Part shown: positions 1-8,243 of the stretch, piece after piece
How positions within the stretch are numbered: position 1 is the first letter of the stretch
Layout of the letters: each line of letters begins with the position of its first letter
Origin: a virus
Lineage: Duplodnaviria > Caudoviricetes
DNA: 64,000 bases
Strand: one strand, 5' to 3'
Virus record (IMG/VR): IMGVR_UViG_3300028048_000042
The notes under the pieces: model-generated
The model's input: the letters and a program-made list of their open reading frames with translations, nothing else
Database searches by the model: none
What the model was told of the DNA's origin: nothing
Program-made: the position numbers and the translations under genes

Positions 1-2065
1 GGGTGCAAATACTTTAACTAAAAACAATATGGGTTTTTCACAATTGGACGGTGGCGTTTTAAATTCAATAAATATTGATGATATAAAACCGTTCTATTCA
101 GCAATTGGTATTGACCAAGCAAGAGAACAAGACAAAGAAAGAATTTCAAAAGATACAGATGAGTCTTCACAAGAAGCATTATCTCATGCAGGTGATGATT
201 TAACGCCTGAAGCAAAGCAATATTATTATCAGCAAATGGCAGAACGAGTGGCGTTATTTAATGAAGGTAACTATACTATGGCGGCAAATATGCTGAATGG
301 TGTGGTTGAAACAAATGAAGCCGCTCAATATATTTCTGATTTCCGAACTTTCAATCCGCAGTTAAATCCAACCTCGCAAGCGAGTGTAGATTATGAAATA
401 AAATCGCCTGATACGTTTTGGACAATTGCTCAAAAATATTTAAATACAGGTGAAAGATATAATGAAATTTTGCTTGATGTTAGAGAACAAGTCCCTGGCA
501 TGGAAAATCTTGGAGCAAATGAATGCGAAAGGGTTTATGGAAAAACAATAACAATTAATCTTAATCGAAGTTTTAATGAATTGGATAAAAACGGAAAAAG
601 TGTTGTTCGTGAATCTTCACAAGCTATGTATGAAAAATTTCAAAATGGTACATATAATATTTGGCAAAAAGGAGTAAGAAGAAAACCAAAAACTCAGCAA
701 GATTACGAAAGAAATGTGCTAAACCGATACGACCAAAGTTTATCAGAAATGACAGATGCATTGATTCCTGAAATTCCACAAGAATATGTGATTTCTTTTA
801 ACCTTACAGATTCTGATAAACAATTGTACAATATGTATGAAGTGAATATTGAGGGCGATTTCGGTATTTTTGATAAAGGTGGTCTAATTAATAAAATTGC
901 TCGTGTATTCCCTGATTTTAGTAGTATGCTACGTTTTGGTTGCAGACCTGCACCGCAAACTATTAGTTTCCCTTATATGGGTAATAGAGAAAATGCACAT
1001 CTGTTGGGTTTTATGCTTACAGCTCAATCAGTAGCAAAACGTCATTCTGCTACATTAAGTATGATTGAAGATTCTTCAATTAAGGTTGGAAATCCAATTC
1101 GTATATTTACTTATGATGAACATCCTGATTTACCATTATATCCACAAGGAAATCATACAGTTGGTAATACTGCATATACTGCAACAGGTGCTAATGGTAA
1201 TACTGCTACATTGGAACAAAATCAAATGGCACAAATTTATCAACAGCAAGCAGCTTATATTAAGCGAAATGGTATAGGAAAAACTTTAACAGGAAGAGGA
1301 AACAAGTTAACAACTGATGAATCTGATAAAACAAATGGTACAGCAAAACCAAAAGATACAAAAAAATCTAAATATGTAAAAATTCCTTCGAATGGTACAG
1401 TTCTTGATGCTACAGCAGGTGTTCCAACGCCATCTAAATATGATGGCCCTAGTGCGGCAGTAATTGCGAGTCAGACAGATTCACAAAGTGTTTATTATGT
1501 AGAGCAAATTTCTCGTAGCATTGGTGCAGCAAAAGAAAGCACTATGACATTGACACTTACTTGTGGTCGTATGATGGGAAAACCTTCAGCAATGGATTTA
1601 ATGATGATGTTGTATAAGACTTATTATGACCCTGCGTTAGGGTATGTTGCAGATTTAGGTACAATTGCAAAATATCAAGAAAAATATAAAGGCGCAACAA
1701 AAGAACATGAAATTAAACCTGCTGATACATTGACATTGATGGCAATGGCAGAATATCCTGATGTATTTACTTTTGAAGTAGCACATAATCCAAAAATAGA
1801 ACAGACTGAAGATGCTCAAAATGACCCATATTTGTTGGCAAACATTTTGGCAGGAAAATCAGAATTTAAACCAACAGATGATGAAAAAAAAGTTTTCCAA
1901 CAAGCGATAGATAAAGGATGGAAAAAATTAACTTCAATAATTAAAGGAAAGACTTATAGAGTAAATCCTGAAGACCCATCTGAAGGTGAAGAAGTTTTTG
2001 ATTATGTTTACTATGTATATGACAATTCAAGACAAAGATGGAGTTTTATTCGTAGTGGAGATTAA
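1..2065 (+). CDS. Baseplate hub-like tail protein with LysM-like motifs (5'-truncated by window)
   Basis: Frame is open from position 2. LysM-like YEIKSPDTFWTIAQKY and HEIKPADTLTLMA; hub-like IKVGNPIRI...YYVEQISRSI...MTLTLTCGR; upstream of spike/gp25/J genes. Confidence 0.55.
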   Translation, partial: GANTLTKNNMGFSQLDGGVLNSINIDDIKPFYSAIGIDQAREQDKERISKDTDESSQEALSHAGDDLTPEAKQYYYQQMAERVALFNEGNYTMAANMLNGVVETNEAAQYISDFRTFNPQLNPTSQASVDYEIKSPDTFWTIAQKYLNTGERYNEILLDVREQVPGMENLGANECERVYGKTITINLNRSFNELDKNGKSVVRESSQAMYEKFQNGTYNIWQKGVRRKPKTQQDYERNVLNRYDQSLSEMTDALIPEIPQEYVISFNLTDSDKQLYNMYEVNIEGDFGIFDKGGLINKIARVFPDFSSMLRFGCRPAPQTISFPYMGNRENAHLLGFMLTAQSVAKRHSATLSMIEDSSIKVGNPIRIFTYDEHPDLPLYPQGNHTVGNTAYTATGANGNTATLEQNQMAQIYQQQAAYIKRNGIGKTLTGRGNKLTTDESDKTNGTAKPKDTKKSKYVKIPSNGTVLDATAGVPTPSKYDGPSAAVIASQTDSQSVYYVEQISRSIGAAKESTMTLTLTCGRMMGKPSAMDLMMMLYKTYYDPALGYVADLGTIAKYQEKYKGATKEHEIKPADTLTLMAMAEYPDVFTFEVAHNPKIEQTEDAQNDPYLLANILAGKSEFKPTDDEKKVFQQAIDKGWKKLTSIIKGKTYRVNPEDPSEGEEVFDYVYYVYDNSRQRWSFIRSGD

Positions 2066-2102
2066 TGTTGTGTGAACAATTAAAAGCTTAATAAAATATA
2101 AA

Positions 2103-2141
2103 ATTTCAAAAGACCTTTCTAAATGTGAGGTCTTTTGAAAT
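2103..2141 (+). terminator. Inverted repeat / putative terminator
   Basis: ATTTCAAAAGACCT-N11-AGGTCTTTTGAAAT (14-bp stem) after the stop at 2065. Confidence 0.55.
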
Positions 2142-2161
2142 ATTTTAGAAAGGAAATAATT

Positions 2162-3040
2162 ATGGGAAGAAATTATGGCATTGAAAAAATACATACTTCA
2201 GATGGTACAGAGGTTCTTTCATTGTGGAATAATGAAATGGCAAAAACAATGCATATCGTTGCAATGAAAAAAGATAAAGATTCATCTCAATTTAAATCAA
2301 TGTCTAGTGATGAAAGAATTTTTGATGTTCAATCTTTTGAAGTATCTAATACAATGCAGGAGAAAACTCACGAACAGAAGATGTTGGAAGAATTATTTCG
2401 TGCGAGTATTTCGTTAAATCCTGAAGTTTTTGGTAATGCTTTGGATATAAATCTAAAACAATATAATGATTCTATGAATGCTCATAAAGGAACAAAAATA
2501 AAAATACCAACAGGATTAACTCTTGGTTTTCAAGAAAAACCTGCAACACGAGCAAAAGATGGTACAGAAGCAAAAACAGAAAAACCAAAAGAAAAAAAAG
2601 AAGAAAAGCCACAAAATAGTGCAGAACAAAAAGACCCTGAATCTAATGAAAAAACAAACAAACCAAAGGCTGATGAAAAATCAGATGAACAGAATTCTGA
2701 CAAAAATAAGGGTGAGAAAAAAACTGCTCCAAAAATTGAAGAAGCTAAAAAAGACAAAGATAAAAGTGTAAAAGAAAAAATTCAAGATAAATATGGTAAA
2801 GGTGGTAAAATACCTAAAGAGGATTTGAAAACAGTTAATGTGGAATCTTCAGGATATGGAAAAATGGAGAATCAAGCACGTATGGCTGCAAGATTAAGCG
2901 CAGGGAAAGTTGCAATAGATAAAGGATTGTTGGTATCTTATGACCAAACAAAAATTAAAGAAGTTGGCAAAGGTGTTTATGATTCAAAAACAGGAAAATA
3001 TACAGGAACTTTTTCAGTTGTAGGTTTGGAAAAGGTATGA
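2162..3040 (+). CDS. Hypothetical protein with K/E-rich low-complexity region
   Basis: ATG 2162 preceded by AAGGAAAT SD (preferred over TTG 2135). Confidence 0.7.
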   Translation: MGRNYGIEKIHTSDGTEVLSLWNNEMAKTMHIVAMKKDKDSSQFKSMSSDERIFDVQSFEVSNTMQEKTHEQKMLEELFRASISLNPEVFGNALDINLKQYNDSMNAHKGTKIKIPTGLTLGFQEKPATRAKDGTEAKTEKPKEKKEEKPQNSAEQKDPESNEKTNKPKADEKSDEQNSDKNKGEKKTAPKIEEAKKDKDKSVKEKIQDKYGKGGKIPKEDLKTVNVESSGYGKMENQARMAARLSAGKVAIDKGLLVSYDQTKIKEVGKGVYDSKTGKYTGTFSVVGLEKV

Positions 3041-4096
3041 AGGTGATATAATTGGCAAATATACCAAGTTATAATCAAATTGATTATGAAAATGATGATT
3101 TATCGGTAATTGAAGCAAAAAAGAAAGCAATTGCTAAACAGGAAGCTGCTGAAAAAGCAAAACAAGAAGCTTCTGAAAAAGAAAAGTCTGCAAATAAATC
3201 GAGAGAAACTGCTAGTCAAAAGACCAATCAAGCAAAAGAAAAAGATTCGCAGAAAAAAAACTCTGCATTAACAACTGCTACAGAAAAAGCAAAAGCGGCA
3301 GGTAGTGAAAAAGTGGCTGATGTAAAAAATAAAGCGGCGGATGCTAAAGCACAAATTGATAAAGCAAAGGATAAAGCAAAAAATTTAAAAAGTGCTCTTA
3401 GCGGTGAAGGAATGTCTTTGATTCAAAATGCAGTGTTAGGTGCTGTAATGGGGAAACTGTCAAGTGTGCCTGCAATGGGCGTTATTAATAAGATAGCAGG
3501 CGTTGCAGGTGTTGTTGGTGGTGTGAGTGCGTTAACTAAAATAATGAAAAAAGCAAAACTAAAACGCAATGATAAAAATGCTAACACTATTGAACAAAGC
3601 AAAAAGGATTCTAGTGATATAAAAACTGATGAAACTTTGGCAGGAGAAACAGGGAAAGAACAAACAAATGCTAAAGTTTCCACAGGAGAAACTACAGAGA
3701 GTTTAAAATCAAACACTCAAAAAATTCAGATTCAAAATGCTGATATAATAAAAGCGAAAAATTCAATACCGAATGTAGATAAAGTATTGATTTATGTTGG
3801 AAAAAATAAAAAGGGTATAAAGAATAAACTTGGCTCTTCTGTAAAAAAGAGGTGATATAATTGGCAAATATACCAAGTTATAATCAAATTGATTATGAAA
3901 ATGATGATTTATCGGTAATCGAAGCGAAAAAAAAAGCGATTGCTAAACAGGAAGCTGCTGAAAGAGCAAGACAAGCAAAAACAATAAACATACCGAGTTA
4001 TAATCAAATAGATTATGAAAATGATGATTTGTCTGTAATTGAAGCAAAGAAAAAAGCCATTGCAAAGCAAGAAGCGGCTGAAAGAGCAAAACAAGC
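3041..4096 (+). repeat. Three ~110-125 bp direct repeats encoding NIPSYNQIDYENDDLSVIEAKKKAIAKQEAAE
   Basis: Copies at ~3041-3166 and ~3850-3975 (both include the RBS AGGTGATATAATTG) and ~3987-4096 (internal). Confidence 0.9.
3052..3855 (+). CDS. K/A-rich hypothetical (putative virion) protein, paralogue of 3861-4670
   Basis: TTG start after AGGTGA SD; N-terminal 34 aa identical to next gene; Gly-rich hydrophobic segment. Confidence 0.7.
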   Translation: MANIPSYNQIDYENDDLSVIEAKKKAIAKQEAAEKAKQEASEKEKSANKSRETASQKTNQAKEKDSQKKNSALTTATEKAKAAGSEKVADVKNKAADAKAQIDKAKDKAKNLKSALSGEGMSLIQNAVLGAVMGKLSSVPAMGVINKIAGVAGVVGGVSALTKIMKKAKLKRNDKNANTIEQSKKDSSDIKTDETLAGETGKEQTNAKVSTGETTESLKSNTQKIQIQNADIIKAKNSIPNVDKVLIYVGKNKKGIKNKLGSSVKKR

Positions 4097-4670
4097 AGAA
4101 TTAGCAACAAAATCTAAAAATGCAGAATCAAATGAATTGGCAAAAGAATTTAAAGAAGTTTCGAAACAGCATAAAATAGAGAATGCAGGCACAGACCCCA
4201 ATGCACAAGATGGTAAAAATGACAGTGCTGTACAAGAAAAAGCACAAGAAATGGATGACCAAGCGAAAACAATTTCAGGTTCTTTATCAGGCGCAGGTGC
4301 AGGTGCTAAAAAAAAGAAAAAAACGAAATTGTTAGATAAAGCAAAAAAAGCTATTGATAAGAAAAAAGAAAAAATATCATCAAAAGCGGCATCAAAAATA
4401 ATGAGTAAATTGAGCGAACATTTGGGAAATAATGCTTTAAAAATTGTGGCTCAAACAGCAGGCACTACAGTATTAACTCAGGGACTTGTTAAAGGTATAA
4501 ATAGTATACTGAATGGTCAAAAAACAATAGGTTCTAAAAAAACACCCAATGGTAATAAAACGGCAACATCAGCAGATGGTTTAAAAAAGGTTAAAAAAGA
4601 AGATTTGGAGTCGATTCCAAAATCTGTAGTCTTTGCGAATAATACTATAGGAGCAAGGACAAAAAAATAA
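3861..4670 (+). CDS. K/A-rich hypothetical protein with duplicated N-terminal motif
   Basis: TTG start after AGGTGA SD; two copies of the motif. Confidence 0.7.
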   Translation: MANIPSYNQIDYENDDLSVIEAKKKAIAKQEAAERARQAKTINIPSYNQIDYENDDLSVIEAKKKAIAKQEAAERAKQAELATKSKNAESNELAKEFKEVSKQHKIENAGTDPNAQDGKNDSAVQEKAQEMDDQAKTISGSLSGAGAGAKKKKKTKLLDKAKKAIDKKKEKISSKAASKIMSKLSEHLGNNALKIVAQTAGTTVLTQGLVKGINSILNGQKTIGSKKTPNGNKTATSADGLKKVKKEDLESIPKSVVFANNTIGARTKK

Positions 4671-4677
4671 AAGTTAT

Positions 4678-4708
4678 TAAAATAAGCTAACCTTGTTAGC
4701 TTATTTTT
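4678..4708 (+). terminator. Rho-independent terminator
   Basis: AAAAATAAGCTAAC-CTT-GTTAGCTTATTTTT. Confidence 0.7.
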
Positions 4709-4740
4709 CTTTTAGATACACTAGAAGAAAGGAAAAAATT

Positions 4741-5724
4741 ATGCCAATTTTTAATACAGAAGCACAACAAACAGCAAAATTGAATAGTGAATCACAACCA
4801 AGAATTCAAAGAACAGTTCCTCCTTCTGTTTCCACTTATCAGTTGGATAAAAATAAAAATAGAGTAGAGGATATGTATCAATTGCAATTACGAGTTGCCA
4901 CAATTCAAAATCCAATGAGAAGTATTAATAGTCCAATTAGTCAAGACCCATTGGAAACAAGTGGAGTTATTAACTTAAATACAGGTAATTGTGTGTTGCG
5001 TTTTAATGACCTTGGCGGTGTTGGTGCAGGTTCGTTGAATGCTTCAGGGCAACAGGCTAATGGCCCTATTTCATATGCTCCGTGTGACAGGACATTAAAT
5101 GAAATGTCAGATGATGATAATACATCGACAGTGCCGTTGACATATCCATTTATTTTTACAAATGCTAAAAATTGGTGTGGCATAAATTATATGCCACCTG
5201 TAAATAGTAAGGTTATTATAGGATTTGGAAAAAGCCATTTTCCTTTTATTCTTGGTTATTTAACAGAGAATTATAAAATATTAACTCCCCCATTGATGCC
5301 AGGTGAGGTATGTATAAAAGGTTGGGGTAATAATTATATTCATTGGCAATGGAGCAATAAAATTGAAATTGTTGCAGGTGCAAATCAAGGAACTCAAGAT
5401 TTAGATGATTCTTCAGGTGGAAAAAGTTCTACAGCGGATGCAAGAGCAAGAATAAGTGTTGACGGAGATAATGGGTCAATATCATTAACTGTTAATGGGT
5501 CAGGAATTCTCATTAATGATTCAGGTGTATTCTTACAATCCAATGGTTCAAGTTCTTTATCTATTACAGAAGATTCTGCACGTTTGCAAGTAAAAGGTAA
5601 TAGCTCATTGAGTTTGCAAGAAAATGGTATTGGAGTAGCTACTTCAGGTGGTGTTGATGTCAACAGCTCTACTTATGGCAATAATGCTGCGAATATTGGC
5701 GGTAACTCCACAGTACCTGCTTAA
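4741..5724 (+). CDS. Baseplate central spike (gpV/gp5 OB-fold-like)
   Basis: PPVNSKVIIGF...PFILG OB-fold motif, followed by beta-strand repeats (SISLTVNGSGILIN, SSLSITE, SSLSLQE); SD AAGGA before ATG 4741. Confidence 0.7.
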   Translation: MPIFNTEAQQTAKLNSESQPRIQRTVPPSVSTYQLDKNKNRVEDMYQLQLRVATIQNPMRSINSPISQDPLETSGVINLNTGNCVLRFNDLGGVGAGSLNASGQQANGPISYAPCDRTLNEMSDDDNTSTVPLTYPFIFTNAKNWCGINYMPPVNSKVIIGFGKSHFPFILGYLTENYKILTPPLMPGEVCIKGWGNNYIHWQWSNKIEIVAGANQGTQDLDDSSGGKSSTADARARISVDGDNGSISLTVNGSGILINDSGVFLQSNGSSSLSITEDSARLQVKGNSSLSLQENGIGVATSGGVDVNSSTYGNNAANIGGNSTVPA

Positions 5725-5738
5725 AAAAGGTGATATAA

Positions 5739-6224
5739 ATGTCAGTTGACGCTAAAATTTTTACATTGTGTGACCATACCACAGGCGGTAAGGTATATTC
5801 GGTTGATTTGTGTCCAAAATGTTTAGGCAAAGGATATTATTATGATATTGATTTCGATTTACAAGGACAGGCGAAATTAATTACAGGAACACAAAAACTA
5901 CAACAGGAAGTTCTTAAAATTATAAATGATGAACGAGGAAACAATTTGTATTTTAATCGTTGGGGTTCAGACGTACATGATTTGATTGGCTCAAAACAGG
6001 ATAAATTAACAAATTCTCGTTTGCAAATAATGGTCAGGATGTCGTTGGAATATTTGCAGTTGTTACAACAATCTGCACACAGTGAATATGAAAATTTCTC
6101 TTCAGATGAAATTTTGTTAGGCATAGAAAGTATTGAAATGCAGAGTTATGTTGTTGGTTATGATATGAGAGTAACTTTAAAAAATCAATCTAACGATATA
6201 CTAGACCAAACAATTCTTCTATAA
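5739..6224 (+). CDS. Baseplate wedge subunit gp25/GPW-like, with N-terminal Cys/His Zn-finger-like motif
   Basis: KLQQEVLKII...RG...WGSDVHDLIG pattern; CDH...CPKC; lies between spike and J. Confidence 0.7.
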   Translation: MSVDAKIFTLCDHTTGGKVYSVDLCPKCLGKGYYYDIDFDLQGQAKLITGTQKLQQEVLKIINDERGNNLYFNRWGSDVHDLIGSKQDKLTNSRLQIMVRMSLEYLQLLQQSAHSEYENFSSDEILLGIESIEMQSYVVGYDMRVTLKNQSNDILDQTILL

Positions 6225-6242
6225 TAAAGTAGGTGCAAAATT

Positions 6243-8228
6243 TTGATTAGACAAAGAGTATATGACGAAATTCGTCAATCTATTCGTGATAATATTAATG
6301 ATAAAGACCCACGAATAGATAGTAAGGCAGGTACATTTGTATCAGATGTGTTTGTAGCACCTGCTTCGGACGAATTAGCGGCTACTTATATTGATATGAA
6401 ATATATGGAGTTACAACAATCAATTTTAACCGCAGTTGGTTATGATTTGGATAGATTGGCTCAAAATTATTTTACATATCGTAAAAGTGGCATGAAAGCT
6501 ACAGGACGAGTTAAATTCTTTATTAAGAATTCAAATAGACCTAATTTAACAGAAAGTATGTTACCAAGTGAAATTTCAATTCCTACAGGTTATGAAGTTG
6601 CAACGGCAGGTTCAATGACTGATGCACAAATAATCTACAAAACTCTTGAACCTGTATATATGACACGAAGACAGATGTTTAATTCTGCTTTGGTTGACAG
6701 TGCAACAGGTTATAAATATGTAGAGGTTGAAGTTGAGTGTGAGGAAACAGGTGAAAGAGGTAACGTTGGTGCAAATACCATCATTCAATTCTATAGTGGT
6801 AATCTTGACGGTATTGTAGCAGTATCTAATTCATTGGCCACAACAGGTGGGCAAGATGCTGAATCAGATACATCTTTAAGATTTAGAATTATGTTGAATG
6901 TGCTTGGTGCAAGCATTTGTACTAAAGCAGGTTATCAAAAATGGACTTTCCAAAAAGATGACGTAAATGGTGTTGAGGTTATCGGAGCAGGCGATGATTT
7001 GATGTTCCGTGATGGTGGATTTATTAATGCAGCTCAACAGTATTCATATGGCCGTGGAGGAATGGTTGATATATGGGTTCGTGGACAACGCCCACAGCAA
7101 AGAACAATTCAATATGAAATTACCACAAGTTATAAGACAGGTGTTGGACAAACAGGTGGGTATGAAGGTATTCCATGTCATGATTTGGAATTACCTGACC
7201 AACCAATTTTAAGAATCTCTTCAATTGTTTCTAAAAATACAGGTTATGCTTATGAAAATGCAGACAATTATGAAGTGGAATATGGATATACAGGCTCAAA
7301 AATTGAACGAACATATTATAAAGATATTCTTTGGGATTTTTCTGTAACAGAAAATTTTGATGATACAGAATATTATCCGTTGGACGTAATTGATAAAACA
7401 GAAATTGAAGTTTTGAGAAAACAAGTCAATGAAGAATTACAGCGTTTGTCTGAAGAATTGACTAATATGAACTTTTCGTTGAATTGGAAATTGGCTCAGT
7501 ATGAAGACCTGTCTTCTTATGATGTAACTCCAATGTTTAGAAAAGTTTATTTTAACTCTAATGGCAATGTTGGTAATGTGTATAAATTGATTGCTGTGGA
7601 CAAACGCTTAAATGGTCGTACATTTGTAAAACGCAACAATCGTATTTATTTACGAGTATATCAAGACCCTGATTTCGCTCTTGTTCCAACACAATATAGT
7701 GATGAAGAAAAATCAAAATCACAATTGGGTAAAGATATTGGTGGAAGTATTCTTGCAAAAGATTTAATTCATTTTACAGACAAAGGTAAAGAATTGATTC
7801 AGGATGGCGATTCATTAATTATTACATATACATATAATGCGTTGATTAGCTCTTTGCAGGCAGAAATGAATGCAATGAGAATTTTAACAGCAGACATTCT
7901 TGTTCGCCAAGCACGAGAAGTTCCTTTGCAAATTTCAATGGATGTCAATTGTGAATTAACTGCGGATTCGGTAATTGTTCGTAATAATATTGAAACGTTA
8001 ATAAGTACCTATGTAAATTCATTTATTCCTATGGGCGGCAGTTTGGAAGATTCGCAATTGGTAACTATGGCAAGAAGTCTTGAAGGTGTTGAACACGTAG
8101 ATATTGATAATGTTCAATTGTGTAAACGTGGTGGAAGTGATGTACCTGCCATTAAATTGCAGAAAAATGAATATTTCCTTATTAGCGATTTGTCAATTAG
8201 AGTTACTTCAGGTAAGGTAGTAAAGTAA
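6243..8228 (+). CDS. Baseplate J-like wedge protein
   Basis: TAVGYDLDRLAQ...ATGRVKF, CEETGERGNVGAN, GGQDAESDTSLRFRI, GMVDIWV. Confidence 0.85.
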   Translation: MIRQRVYDEIRQSIRDNINDKDPRIDSKAGTFVSDVFVAPASDELAATYIDMKYMELQQSILTAVGYDLDRLAQNYFTYRKSGMKATGRVKFFIKNSNRPNLTESMLPSEISIPTGYEVATAGSMTDAQIIYKTLEPVYMTRRQMFNSALVDSATGYKYVEVEVECEETGERGNVGANTIIQFYSGNLDGIVAVSNSLATTGGQDAESDTSLRFRIMLNVLGASICTKAGYQKWTFQKDDVNGVEVIGAGDDLMFRDGGFINAAQQYSYGRGGMVDIWVRGQRPQQRTIQYEITTSYKTGVGQTGGYEGIPCHDLELPDQPILRISSIVSKNTGYAYENADNYEVEYGYTGSKIERTYYKDILWDFSVTENFDDTEYYPLDVIDKTEIEVLRKQVNEELQRLSEELTNMNFSLNWKLAQYEDLSSYDVTPMFRKVYFNSNGNVGNVYKLIAVDKRLNGRTFVKRNNRIYLRVYQDPDFALVPTQYSDEEKSKSQLGKDIGGSILAKDLIHFTDKGKELIQDGDSLIITYTYNALISSLQAEMNAMRILTADILVRQAREVPLQISMDVNCELTADSVIVRNNIETLISTYVNSFIPMGGSLEDSQLVTMARSLEGVEHVDIDNVQLCKRGGSDVPAIKLQKNEYFLISDLSIRVTSGKVVK

Positions 8229-8243
8229 GAAAGTAGGGGTATC

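Noticed and set aside
2057-2170. T4 gene 60-like translational bypass
   Set aside because: No matched take-off/landing codon at the stop, and the downstream ORF has its own SD and ATG.
3041-4096. CRISPR array
   Set aside because: Repeats are >100 bp, in-frame coding and irregularly spaced; no cas genes.
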